Below, piece by piece: positions 27,604-35,603 of a stretch of DNA of 64,000 nucleotides. Location of the stretch: contig DUBE01000027.1 of assembly GCA_012960475.1 (NCBI GenBank), forward strand, positions 42,599-106,598, in the 5' to 3' direction. The stretch is from Planctomycetota bacterium. Its GTDB lineage: Bacteria > Planctomycetota > UBA1135 > GCA-002686595. The stretch's first letter is position 1, and every line of letters starts with the position of its first letter. The notes under the pieces were generated by a model. That model searched no databases. It had not been told where the DNA came from and worked only from the letters and a program-made list of their open reading frames with translations. The position numbers were made by a program, and so were the translations under genes.

Positions 27604-27930
27604 ATGAAGACCATCATCCTGCTCAATCAAGACCAGATGGGCCACGGGGATCAAACCCTGGGCCAAAAAATCCTCGGCACCTTCCTGCGCAAGATCATCG
27701 TGATCCAAGACCTTGACGCGATTCTGTTCTACAACACGGGGACTCGACTATTGGATCGGTCGAGTGCCCTGCTCGGAGAACTGAGCGCATTGGAGGAGCG
27801 GGGCGTGGAGTTGCTTCCCTGTGGAACCTGTGTAGAGGCTCTTGGCGTGGATCTCGCGGTGGGCCGACTCTCGGACATGGACACGATCGTGCGCGAACTG
27901 GAACGGGCGGAGAAGGTGATCACCTTGTGA
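27604..27930 (+). CDS. DsrE-like small protein resembling the C-terminal half of YedF-type selenium/sulfur-relay proteins
   Basis: The blocks MKTIILLNQDQMGHGDQTLGQKILGTFL..., ILFYNTGTRLL and LEERGVELLPCGTCVEALG match my recollection of the YedF (TIGR03527-type) C-terminal region. No TusA/SirA-like N-terminal CPxP domain is present. Confidence 0.5.
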   Translation: MKTIILLNQDQMGHGDQTLGQKILGTFLRKIIVIQDLDAILFYNTGTRLLDRSSALLGELSALEERGVELLPCGTCVEALGVDLAVGRLSDMDTIVRELERAEKVITL

Positions 27931-27931
27931 T

Positions 27932-28921
27932 TTACTCTTGACCTTGACCCAGATCACCTCGCTCGTCCCGCCAGAGTGTGTGCACATGATCTGGGTCGGA
28001 GGCGGGTGCACTATGTTCGATCGTCAGGCCCGCGCCAAAAATGCGCCAGTAGTGACCAGCGTCGGATTCGGGGGAACCGATCCAGCCGAAGGAGAGTTGG
28101 TCGAGTTGGCTTGCGCGCAGGCGCTTGTTGCGAACCGTGGCGAGGTCTTCAGTACGCCGGGTGAGCCAGAGGTCGAGGATGGAAGTCAGGATCTGTCGCT
28201 GCTTCTTGTTGAGTTTTGACCAGGAGATTCCACCACGATCATCGATGGTCTTGCGCCTGGGAAGCATGATCACGTTGGATGGTTGGGACCCTGAGAGCGT
28301 TGCTTGTTCTTGCTGTTCAGTATTCAGGCTGGTGTACAGACTGCGGGCCAGGTCGTCTTCAGCTCCCATCAAGCGCAGACCCGCATGTTCTCCCTCTTGC
28401 ACATGTGCTGGCTGGCTGCCTACATAAAAGGGTGCAACGCTGGTCCAGGAATCGTTCTTGTGGGTCACATTCAGGGAGAGGTGATGTCCCTCGAACCGCC
28501 AGCCCCAAGCCTTCCTTCCCTCGGGGTCTCCATAGAGCGTGACGAAATAGCGCTCGGCGCCATGGAATGAACTGGGCCTGCCCGCCGCAGTTTCCCTTTC
28601 AGCTAAGATGCTTTCCAGCAGACGCACTGTGTCGATGGTCTCGAGTCCTTTGGTGGAAAGCACAGTTGCGAGCAGCTCATCCAAGGCCTCGCGAGACTCC
28701 TTTTGCAGCGCTTCCAAGCGCACGCCCGCTACTCCGTTGGGAAGCACCTGCCAATTGGCTCGCTCGTCGCTGAGATAGGGGAAGCAGAGTTTGCTTTGTT
28801 GCTTTGCTGTCAAGCTCTGCTTGAACTGCATCGCCGCCAGGGACATGGGATCGTCGTTGGTGGGAATGGAGGCCATGCCCACCAGGAGGGCCATGAAGAG
28901 GAGGGGCATTTTGGTCTTCAT
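27932..28921 (-). CDS. DUF3500 domain protein (secreted)
   Basis: The signal peptide is MKTKMPLLFMALLVGMASI. Family-typical blocks are present (WGWRFEGHHLSLN, AEDDLARSLY, GHYWRIFG, VHTLWRDERGD). Confidence 0.65.
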   Translation of the reverse strand: MKTKMPLLFMALLVGMASIPTNDDPMSLAAMQFKQSLTAKQQSKLCFPYLSDERANWQVLPNGVAGVRLEALQKESREALDELLATVLSTKGLETIDTVRLLESILAERETAAGRPSSFHGAERYFVTLYGDPEGRKAWGWRFEGHHLSLNVTHKNDSWTSVAPFYVGSQPAHVQEGEHAGLRLMGAEDDLARSLYTSLNTEQQEQATLSGSQPSNVIMLPRRKTIDDRGGISWSKLNKKQRQILTSILDLWLTRRTEDLATVRNKRLRASQLDQLSFGWIGSPESDAGHYWRIFGAGLTIEHSAPASDPDHVHTLWRDERGDLGQGQE

Positions 28922-28972
28922 GGACTACCTTATGCAGTGTTTTGCTGGATTTGGCAAATGCGAATCCGGTTG

Positions 28973-30088
28973 TTAGCTATCCACCAGGGCCCCGCACTCT
29001 GCAGCTGCCTTGGCGATGCGTTCCAAGTGTTCCCGAGATCGCAGTCGTTCCACGTGAAAAGGGAGCATGGAGTTGGGTTGGCGGCCGTCGAGCCACGCAA
29101 GGTGGGCCAGGCCGGTCTTGTAGTTGCAGGTGGGGGGTTCGAACAACATGCGTGCGAGGGGTTCGGTTGCCTTGAGGATTTGATAAGCGCGGGTGGTGTC
29201 CCCTGCGGCGAGGAAGGCGAGGGCACGTGAGGCCGGGCGTGCGATTGCATTGAAGACGCCGAGAAGGGCGTGGGAAAAGTCGCCAATGGGATAACTGCGA
29301 TGAAGAAAATCGATCTCGCCCAGGGGTTCCTGGGATTCACCGAGGATCAGTTCGGGGTAGTTGAAGTCGTCGCCGGTGAGGACGATCTGGCCCGAGCCGA
29401 GCAGGGTCTGACGGACTTGGCGTTCGAAGTCTGCGTCGAGCAGGGAGAGCTTGCAGCCTATTGCCTTGTTGGGGTCGAGGGCCATGATGCGCAGGAAGGT
29501 GTCTCCCGGAAAGTAATCGGCGAGCCCCGGGTGAAAGGCGGGGCCCAGCCAGTGGATCAGGAGCGGACCTGGGTGGGCTTCAATGACCTTGGCGTAGGCG
29601 CCCACAAATTCGTCTTCGTCGTGCGCCAGTGAGGAGAGTTCGGGGATGCAGAGAAGCACTGGCATGCCCCCGGCTTCTTGGATACGCCCGCATTGAAAGG
29701 TCCAACCCTCGGCGATCTCATCGGGGCTCTTGGGATTCACGAGATGATCGACGCCTGCGCCTGCTACGAAACCGTTGCTCAACTCCAGTTGCCCGGTCTC
29801 CTCGATCAATCGTTGCGCCACATCCCAGCCCAACTCATAGCGTTGAGCTGTGTCCATGGCCTCCGCGATACCAAACCCCAGAGCGTCCAGTTGCCGTCGC
29901 AGGGTCATGGTCTGGGCCCAATCGATGTGTGGAGTTGGGTCGCCGTCAACCTTGCTGTAGCCTTCGCTCATGGCCACGTGAGCCGCGGCCAGGGCGATGC
30001 GCGCAGGGGCAGCAGAGCCCTTCGGGTCGCCGAATGCGGTCAGAGGATCTATGGCGGGCGAGGAAGGATCGGAGGGATTGGAGTTCAT
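28973..30088 (-). CDS. DUF993 family protein (TIM-barrel-like, unknown function)
   Basis: The block IDWAQTMTLRRQLDALGFGIAEAMDTAQRYELGWD matches the conserved DUF993 region as I recall it. The length of about 370 aa also fits. Confidence 0.5.
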   Translation of the reverse strand: MNSNPSDPSSPAIDPLTAFGDPKGSAAPARIALAAAHVAMSEGYSKVDGDPTPHIDWAQTMTLRRQLDALGFGIAEAMDTAQRYELGWDVAQRLIEETGQLELSNGFVAGAGVDHLVNPKSPDEIAEGWTFQCGRIQEAGGMPVLLCIPELSSLAHDEDEFVGAYAKVIEAHPGPLLIHWLGPAFHPGLADYFPGDTFLRIMALDPNKAIGCKLSLLDADFERQVRQTLLGSGQIVLTGDDFNYPELILGESQEPLGEIDFLHRSYPIGDFSHALLGVFNAIARPASRALAFLAAGDTTRAYQILKATEPLARMLFEPPTCNYKTGLAHLAWLDGRQPNSMLPFHVERLRSREHLERIAKAAAECGALVDS

Positions 30089-30123
30089 CGCGTGCTGCTA
30101 AGGATAGGATGAGAGCTCCTCCA

Positions 30124-31818
30124 ATGACGAATCGATCCCCCAATGTTGTCCGTGAAGAAGCGCTGCTCGATGACGCACGCGATCGCGGCCGTCTGCCCTT
30201 GCTGGGCGCTTTCATCCGCCTCTCCGGTCCGGGTTGGCTGCAGAGCGCCATCACCCTGGGGGGAGGATCACTGGCTGCGGCCCTTTACTTGGGCGTGCTG
30301 ACCGGCACCAACTTCCTTTGGGTGCAGGTATTCGCCATGGCCCTCGGCGTCATCGCCCTGGGCGCGATTTCTTGGATCACCCTGACTACAGGCGAGAACC
30401 CGTTCACCTTGCTCAAGGACCGGGTCAGCCCGGTTCTGGCTTGGGGCTGGCTCGGGGCGGTCATGCTGGCCAATGTGGTTTGGGCTCTGCCCCAGTTTTC
30501 TCTTGCCACCGCGGCAGTAGAGCAGAACCTGTTGCCCGGTTTGAAGGGCGATGCCCTGACTGTGATCACTTGTCTTTCCGTCTTGAGCCTCGCACTGGTC
30601 GTGGTTTGGGCTTATGGCCGCGGAGGCCGTGGTGTGCGAATTGTGGAGTTAGGCTTGCGGGTACTGGTGGGCCTGATCGTACTGGCCTTCTTTGGAGTCG
30701 CTTGGGTCTTGCTCTCGCGTAGTGACGGAATGTCTTTGAGCCAAGTTTTTGCGGGGTTCATTCCCAACCTGGACCTTCTTAGCCAGCCGGCTCCCGCCTA
30801 CGCTGCCGAATTGGCGGCGGCCCAATTTCCTGATCTTTGGAGCGGCATTATCGTGCGTCAGCAGCAAGAGGTCTTGATCGCTGCCGCCGCAACCGCTGTG
30901 GGCATCAACATGACCTTTCTGATGCCCTGTTCTTTGTTGAGGCGTGGATGGAACCGTTCTTTTCGCAACCTGGCGGTCTTTGATCTTGCCACCGGCCTGC
31001 TGATCCCCTTTGTGTTCGCCACTGGCTGTATCGTGGTGGCCTCGGCGGATCGCTTTCATGCTCGCGTGGATCAGGAGTTGGTTTCGGACGTGAGCGTTGC
31101 CGTGGGACGAGGCGCGTATCTCGATCGCTTGGACAACGCGATCAAGGAAGGCTTTGGGGCAGGCACCGCCCAGTATGAAGAACACAGCATCGCCAGCAGT
31201 GCGCGTGCGGGCTTGAGCGAAGCGGAACTCCTCGAGCGCGTTGGGTTGGCAATGAACTTGGTGCCCGAGCCCGATCGGCGACTGGCTTCCATGTTGGAGA
31301 AGCGCGACACCTTTGCCCTGGCCCGAGCTCTTGAACCTCTGACCGGTTACGCCACCGCGCACATGGTTTTTGGTTTTGGCGTGTTGGCAATGGCCGTCTC
31401 CACGGTCATCGTATTGATGTTGATCAGCGGGCTGGCCTTCGCTGTGGCCTTCCGTCAGCAGCCCGGAGGAGTTGCATTCCGCTGGGGCACTATTGTCGCT
31501 GGCCTGGGAGCACTGGGTCCTTTTGTTTGGACTGGCAAGGCGCGTGCCTGGTTGGCTGTGCCAACCTCCAATTTCGGCATGATCTTGCTGCCTCTGGCCT
31601 ATTGGAGTTTTGTGCTCTTGATGAACAGTCGACGAGTCTTGGGCGATGATGTCCCCAAAGGTCGCACGCGATGGATCTGGAACAGCTTGTTGGTGCCCAC
31701 CGCGCTGGTGGCTAGTTGCGCCAGTGCCTGGACCGTGCACATGAAGTTAGGTCCTTGGGGATTGGCCGGGCTGGCGGCTATGGCAATTGCGGTCTTGGCG
31801 ACTCTGCGCCGTTCCTGA
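30124..31818 (+). CDS. atypical NRAMP-family membrane transporter (canonical DPGN metal site absent)
   Basis: It aligns by eye to MntH TM1-TM2 (LSGPGWLQSAITLGGGSLAAALYLGVLTGTNFLWVQV...LTTGENPFTLLKD versus [37 protein letters not shown]...IATGKNLAEQIRD). The start was chosen at ATG 30124, because the ORF-track start at 29629 is antisense to DUF993. A hydrophilic insert of about 100 aa lies between TM segments. Confidence 0.7.
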   Translation: MTNRSPNVVREEALLDDARDRGRLPLLGAFIRLSGPGWLQSAITLGGGSLAAALYLGVLTGTNFLWVQVFAMALGVIALGAISWITLTTGENPFTLLKDRVSPVLAWGWLGAVMLANVVWALPQFSLATAAVEQNLLPGLKGDALTVITCLSVLSLALVVVWAYGRGGRGVRIVELGLRVLVGLIVLAFFGVAWVLLSRSDGMSLSQVFAGFIPNLDLLSQPAPAYAAELAAAQFPDLWSGIIVRQQQEVLIAAAATAVGINMTFLMPCSLLRRGWNRSFRNLAVFDLATGLLIPFVFATGCIVVASADRFHARVDQELVSDVSVAVGRGAYLDRLDNAIKEGFGAGTAQYEEHSIASSARAGLSEAELLERVGLAMNLVPEPDRRLASMLEKRDTFALARALEPLTGYATAHMVFGFGVLAMAVSTVIVLMLISGLAFAVAFRQQPGGVAFRWGTIVAGLGALGPFVWTGKARAWLAVPTSNFGMILLPLAYWSFVLLMNSRRVLGDDVPKGRTRWIWNSLLVPTALVASCASAWTVHMKLGPWGLAGLAAMAIAVLATLRRS

Positions 31819-31946
31819 GGGCAGGCTGCCCCGGTGGTTCAGGGGTGGACGCGTTCACAGAGTCCTCCCGCGTGTATTGGGCGCATCTCTGAGGCGCGCC
31901 ATTGCCTCTCTCCCTGTTTCGCTCTTGAAGGGCTTGGTCTCGGTTC

Positions 31947-32702
31947 CTAGAAGGACGCTCCAATACCGAAATACATGCCACTGATGGTCACGTCAAATTT
32001 TCCGAAATCAGCCTCGTCTTGATAGAAGATGTCAAGGGAGGTGTTCCGGTAGCCAGCGTAGCCGACCATGGGTCCAAAGAGCCCCATCTCTGCCCGCAGG
32101 TCCAAGTCCATGGCATCCAGGTCGTTGTCTTCATAGGAGATGCCGATCCAGGTAACCAAGGCCGAGAGCCCAACCGGTCCCGCCTCGACTCCAACACGCC
32201 CGGCCAGAACAGGAATTGGCAGTGCCTGGTCCAGCACCACCTCGGTGCCTGTCCCGTCCTCGGTAAAGTTCCCGGATAGATCGAGCATATTGACGCCCAG
32301 GCCAAGGGCAAGATCGATCGTCGAACCGGGGACCATCTCAAAGAGCAGGAGTCCTTGCAGCATGCCCACTTCCAATTGGGAGTGCACATTGGCCCCCGCG
32401 TTGATGACAGTCCCGTCAATGTCGATGTCGGCACTCAGGGTTCCATCCCCTTCAAATGAGGGTGTCGTGGCGGAAAACACCAGCATGGGACTTCCAAGTC
32501 CGATTGTTGCAGTGATCCCCACCGGATTGTCGTCTTCTCCCAGCCCTATTCCATCCAAGGGGGTCACGCCGCTGACCCCACCGGAACCAAACCCAAGGTT
32601 GCCGTCGAGTGAGTACTGGCCATAGTTCACACCCACATCGAGAGTGGGGGATGCACAGGCCAGGAGTGAACAGGAAATAAGGGCGGCGGCAATTCGGTGC
32701 AT
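31947..32702 (-). CDS. outer-membrane beta-barrel lipoprotein (unknown family)
   Basis: The lipobox-like signal is MHRIAAALISCSLLACAS. The sequence shows an alternating Gly/aromatic beta-strand pattern and ends in a C-terminal aromatic residue (GIGASF). Confidence 0.5.
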   Translation of the reverse strand: MHRIAAALISCSLLACASPTLDVGVNYGQYSLDGNLGFGSGGVSGVTPLDGIGLGEDDNPVGITATIGLGSPMLVFSATTPSFEGDGTLSADIDIDGTVINAGANVHSQLEVGMLQGLLLFEMVPGSTIDLALGLGVNMLDLSGNFTEDGTGTEVVLDQALPIPVLAGRVGVEAGPVGLSALVTWIGISYEDNDLDAMDLDLRAEMGLFGPMVGYAGYRNTSLDIFYQDEADFGKFDVTISGMYFGIGASF

Positions 32703-32723
32703 AGGATCAGGGGTGGTTTGGGG

Positions 32724-34196
32724 TCAGGACTTGCGGGGCTGACTGGCAGCTTGTTGAGCCTTGAGTTCTCTCAGACGCTGCCCATTCTCGCTTTGTCGGT
32801 ATTCTCTGTCCAGCGGGTAGCAGCCAGAGACGAGGTCCAGGCGTGGCCCATTGGTGCAGTCGCTGAAAGTTCTACAAATACGAGTTCGTTGAATATCCCG
32901 CCCAGCGAGCAGGTCGAGAGGAAATTCAGGGTATGAAAGGACCATTCTGCCGAGGCCTACAAGGTCGATTGATCCCCGGCGCAATTCAGCTTGAGCCAGG
33001 TACGGAAACCATTCCTGCAGGTAGGTGTAGCCGGTCCCCACCACGACCGCGTGGGGGCAGGCGGCCTTGATCCGGCGCGTGATCTGCACCTGGCGCAATA
33101 CCGAGAGCAGAGGATCTTCAGGGGGTGGGTAGCCATCCACGGGCGGATAGCTGGATGGGCGCTGTAGGTGCGGGCATGAGTAGGGCGATCCCAGAGTCAC
33201 ATTGATCAGCTTCACGCCGCAGGCGTAGAGGTCTCGAACCAGTTGTTCCGCTTCGCTGGAATCTGGTTTGGTGGGATTTTCAAGGTCCATGCCCCAGCCG
33301 TGTTTGAGGGGCAGGTAGGGCGTTGGATCGAGTGGCTGGCCGGGGCTGCCATCGGCATTGTTCTTGTGGGGAAAGACATCTCCTGCACAGAGCCGTACAC
33401 CGATACCCAGATCAGGGCATGCGCGTTGGATGGCTGCGATGGTCTCCATCAGGAATCGCGTGCGTCCGGCGTAATCACCCCCGAACGGTCCCGGGCGCGA
33501 GCGAGCTCCGAGCAACTCATGCACCAGATAACCGTGGCAGGCTTTGATGTCGACGAAGTCAAAGCCTGCTGCTTGTGCGAGGGTCGCGAGACGAACATAG
33601 GACTGGATCAAGGCCTCAAGTTCATCGTCTCTGATCAGTGTCGTGGATAGTGGGACATCGGTGTATTCATCCAGCCAGGTTGCGTGGGCGGCGAGGATCG
33701 GCCGAGGCTCCTTGGTGGGTTGTGCATGGCGTCCGGAGTGGGTCATTTGCAGTCCGATGAATGCACCTTCAGGATCGAGTCCTGAATCGACCCGGCCTTT
33801 GTGAATCGCCTCGATCAAGAGGCTCAGATCTTGAGCCGTGTGGGCTTCATTGAGCAAGGCGAGTTGCCTGGGGTTGGCCCGACCCTCGGGGGTCACTGCA
33901 AAGGCTTCGCCCCCCCAGATCATGGCAGCGCCGCTCCTCCCAAAGGCTCGCCAGCGACGCAGGGTCAATTCGCTGGGGCGACCCGTGGTGGTTCCATCCC
34001 AGCCCTCCATGGGGTGCATTGCGAAACGGTTGTCCAATTCATGCCCTTGCAAGGTCAGGGGCCAGCCGAAGGGGCCTGTCTGTCCAGCGAGGGTCTTGTC
34101 CAGTTCAATTTCCTCTCGCAGTTCCCGTGCGCAGGCCTGCAGGTGGGTTTCAAAGGCAACGAAGGACTTGTGCTGGCCGGGGCTTGGAAACTCCAT
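32724..34196 (-). CDS. NADH:flavin oxidoreductase, Old Yellow Enzyme family
   Basis: OYE TIM-barrel blocks are present (HPMEGWDG, LQMTHSGRHAQP, GFDFVDIKACHGYLVHELLG, GLGRMVLSYPEF). The C-terminus carries three Cys residues (CRTFSDC...GC). The start overlaps the acyltransferase stop by 1 nt. Confidence 0.8.
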   Translation of the reverse strand: MEFPSPGQHKSFVAFETHLQACARELREEIELDKTLAGQTGPFGWPLTLQGHELDNRFAMHPMEGWDGTTTGRPSELTLRRWRAFGRSGAAMIWGGEAFAVTPEGRANPRQLALLNEAHTAQDLSLLIEAIHKGRVDSGLDPEGAFIGLQMTHSGRHAQPTKEPRPILAAHATWLDEYTDVPLSTTLIRDDELEALIQSYVRLATLAQAAGFDFVDIKACHGYLVHELLGARSRPGPFGGDYAGRTRFLMETIAAIQRACPDLGIGVRLCAGDVFPHKNNADGSPGQPLDPTPYLPLKHGWGMDLENPTKPDSSEAEQLVRDLYACGVKLINVTLGSPYSCPHLQRPSSYPPVDGYPPPEDPLLSVLRQVQITRRIKAACPHAVVVGTGYTYLQEWFPYLAQAELRRGSIDLVGLGRMVLSYPEFPLDLLAGRDIQRTRICRTFSDCTNGPRLDLVSGCYPLDREYRQSENGQRLRELKAQQAASQPRKS

Positions 34197-35503
34197 CAGG
34201 CTGGGGTGTCTTGCTGGAGTTTGAGCCGCTCGAAAGCACTGGAGCGGCGGGTCAAGGTTTTCTTGAGGTGGTCACGCAGGGCCAGCAATCGCAGGTTGCG
34301 TTCACCCCGAGCCCCGCCTTCGAAGCGCGCGCGCAGGGTGGCCTGGTTGCGTAGAAAGATATCGTGTACCGGGGCTGCGGAGAATGCGGCCAAGAGCAGG
34401 CCCAGCCCCGTGACCAGACTGGCCGTGGCCCCGTACTTTGAACCCAACCAGAGGGCACTACCGAGCAGCCACAGCGGTGAGACGAAAGACGCTCCCATAA
34501 TCGTGAAGGTGACCACCTTGTCTGCTGGAGCGTTACGGCGTGATATGACTTGTGCAGGCACGATCACTGGTAACCAGGCAGCCCAGATCAGCCAACGCAG
34601 CAGGAAGGATGATGCCAGCAACACGCCTGCACGGATGGTTGCACTCAGTCCCGGGCGGTTGTCCAGATCGTTGGCGTGAATACCGACTTGTTGGAGTTCA
34701 GTCGACAGTTTGTTGAGGCCATCCCTGAGAGTTCTTGCCCGACTTGGCGCAATTTCTCTCAGGCGCCGCATGCCGGCAACGCAGGAATGGATGCGTTCGG
34801 GCAGGAGGCGACCCTTGTGCGGAATGAGTTCCGCAGCCATGAGCATGGCTGGAGCCTCTTCAGGGGATTCGTACTGCACCACGCACTTGGTCAGGGCCGC
34901 GCGGATTTCTTCGGTAGCCCTTTTCGCCGCCTCGATGGGGCTCTGCTCGTAAAGATCGCGCAGGTGGTCGAAGCTTATGGGATCTCCTCTCCAGGCAAAG
35001 AGATTGCTGCGGTAGCGATCCCTGTCGGCATAGTAGATGCCCACCGGTTGGATGCGCAGATCCAGGCTCCAGTCTTTCACTGCCAGGGCACCGAGACCCA
35101 TGCGCGCGGCTCCGGTCTTGAATGGACGCAGAAACGGGGAGCTGCCACCCTCGCCTTCCGGGAACATGCCGATGGTACCTCCCTGCCCGAGTTCCGCATG
35201 AATTGCGTCGAAGGAACCCTTGTTCTTGCTGGTGTCCACCTTGTCCTTTTTCCGGTAGATAGGGATCGCGCCGGTGGCTTTCACAATTCGCCCCAGGATG
35301 GGCATCTTGAAGAGGGTGTACTTTCCGATGAAACGTGGGTTGCGCTGGCAGACAAACCAGATCAAGCCGCCGTCCACCAGGCCTCCGGAGTGATTGCTCA
35401 CAAGTATCATGGCACCCTGGTCCTTGATCGCAGGTCCTGAGGAGCGGACTTGGTAAAAGGACCGGATCAGGGCCTGCCCGTAGAACTTGATCAGCGCGTA
35501 CAT
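34196..35503 (-). CDS. PlsC-type lysophospholipid/glycerol-phosphate acyltransferase with a C-terminal membrane domain
   Basis: The acyltransferase block is LVSNHSGGLVDG (His/Asp motif), followed by MFPEGEGG. The C-terminus carries hydrophobic segments. The start was chosen at ATG 35503, with an alternative upstream ATG at 35578. Confidence 0.7.
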   Translation of the reverse strand: MYALIKFYGQALIRSFYQVRSSGPAIKDQGAMILVSNHSGGLVDGGLIWFVCQRNPRFIGKYTLFKMPILGRIVKATGAIPIYRKKDKVDTSKNKGSFDAIHAELGQGGTIGMFPEGEGGSSPFLRPFKTGAARMGLGALAVKDWSLDLRIQPVGIYYADRDRYRSNLFAWRGDPISFDHLRDLYEQSPIEAAKRATEEIRAALTKCVVQYESPEEAPAMLMAAELIPHKGRLLPERIHSCVAGMRRLREIAPSRARTLRDGLNKLSTELQQVGIHANDLDNRPGLSATIRAGVLLASSFLLRWLIWAAWLPVIVPAQVISRRNAPADKVVTFTIMGASFVSPLWLLGSALWLGSKYGATASLVTGLGLLLAAFSAAPVHDIFLRNQATLRARFEGGARGERNLRLLALRDHLKKTLTRRSSAFERLKLQQDTPA

Positions 35504-35603
35504 GGGGGGATTGTGAGCATGCCCCGGGGGGGGTGGCTCTTTCCCCAGGGGGGTTCTTGACCCTATGCTTGACGGCAACCATTACGGAGGCGATTAGAGA
35601 TCT

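Noticed and set aside
29629-30123. 165-codon N-terminal extension of the NRAMP-like ORF. Similar extensions occur at 37289-37471 (lipase), 21692-22024 (dehydrogenase), 18355-18663 (lutC), 43965-44036 (thiolase) and 55545-55613 (sulfatase).
   Set aside because: The extensions overlap neighbouring genes or are Arg/Pro-rich. Internal ATGs give proper signal peptides or family-typical N-termini.
30649-31740. 363-aa minus-strand ORF antisense to the NRAMP-like gene
   Set aside because: It is a shadow ORF, His/Gln/Gly/Arg-rich, with no TM segments or domain features.
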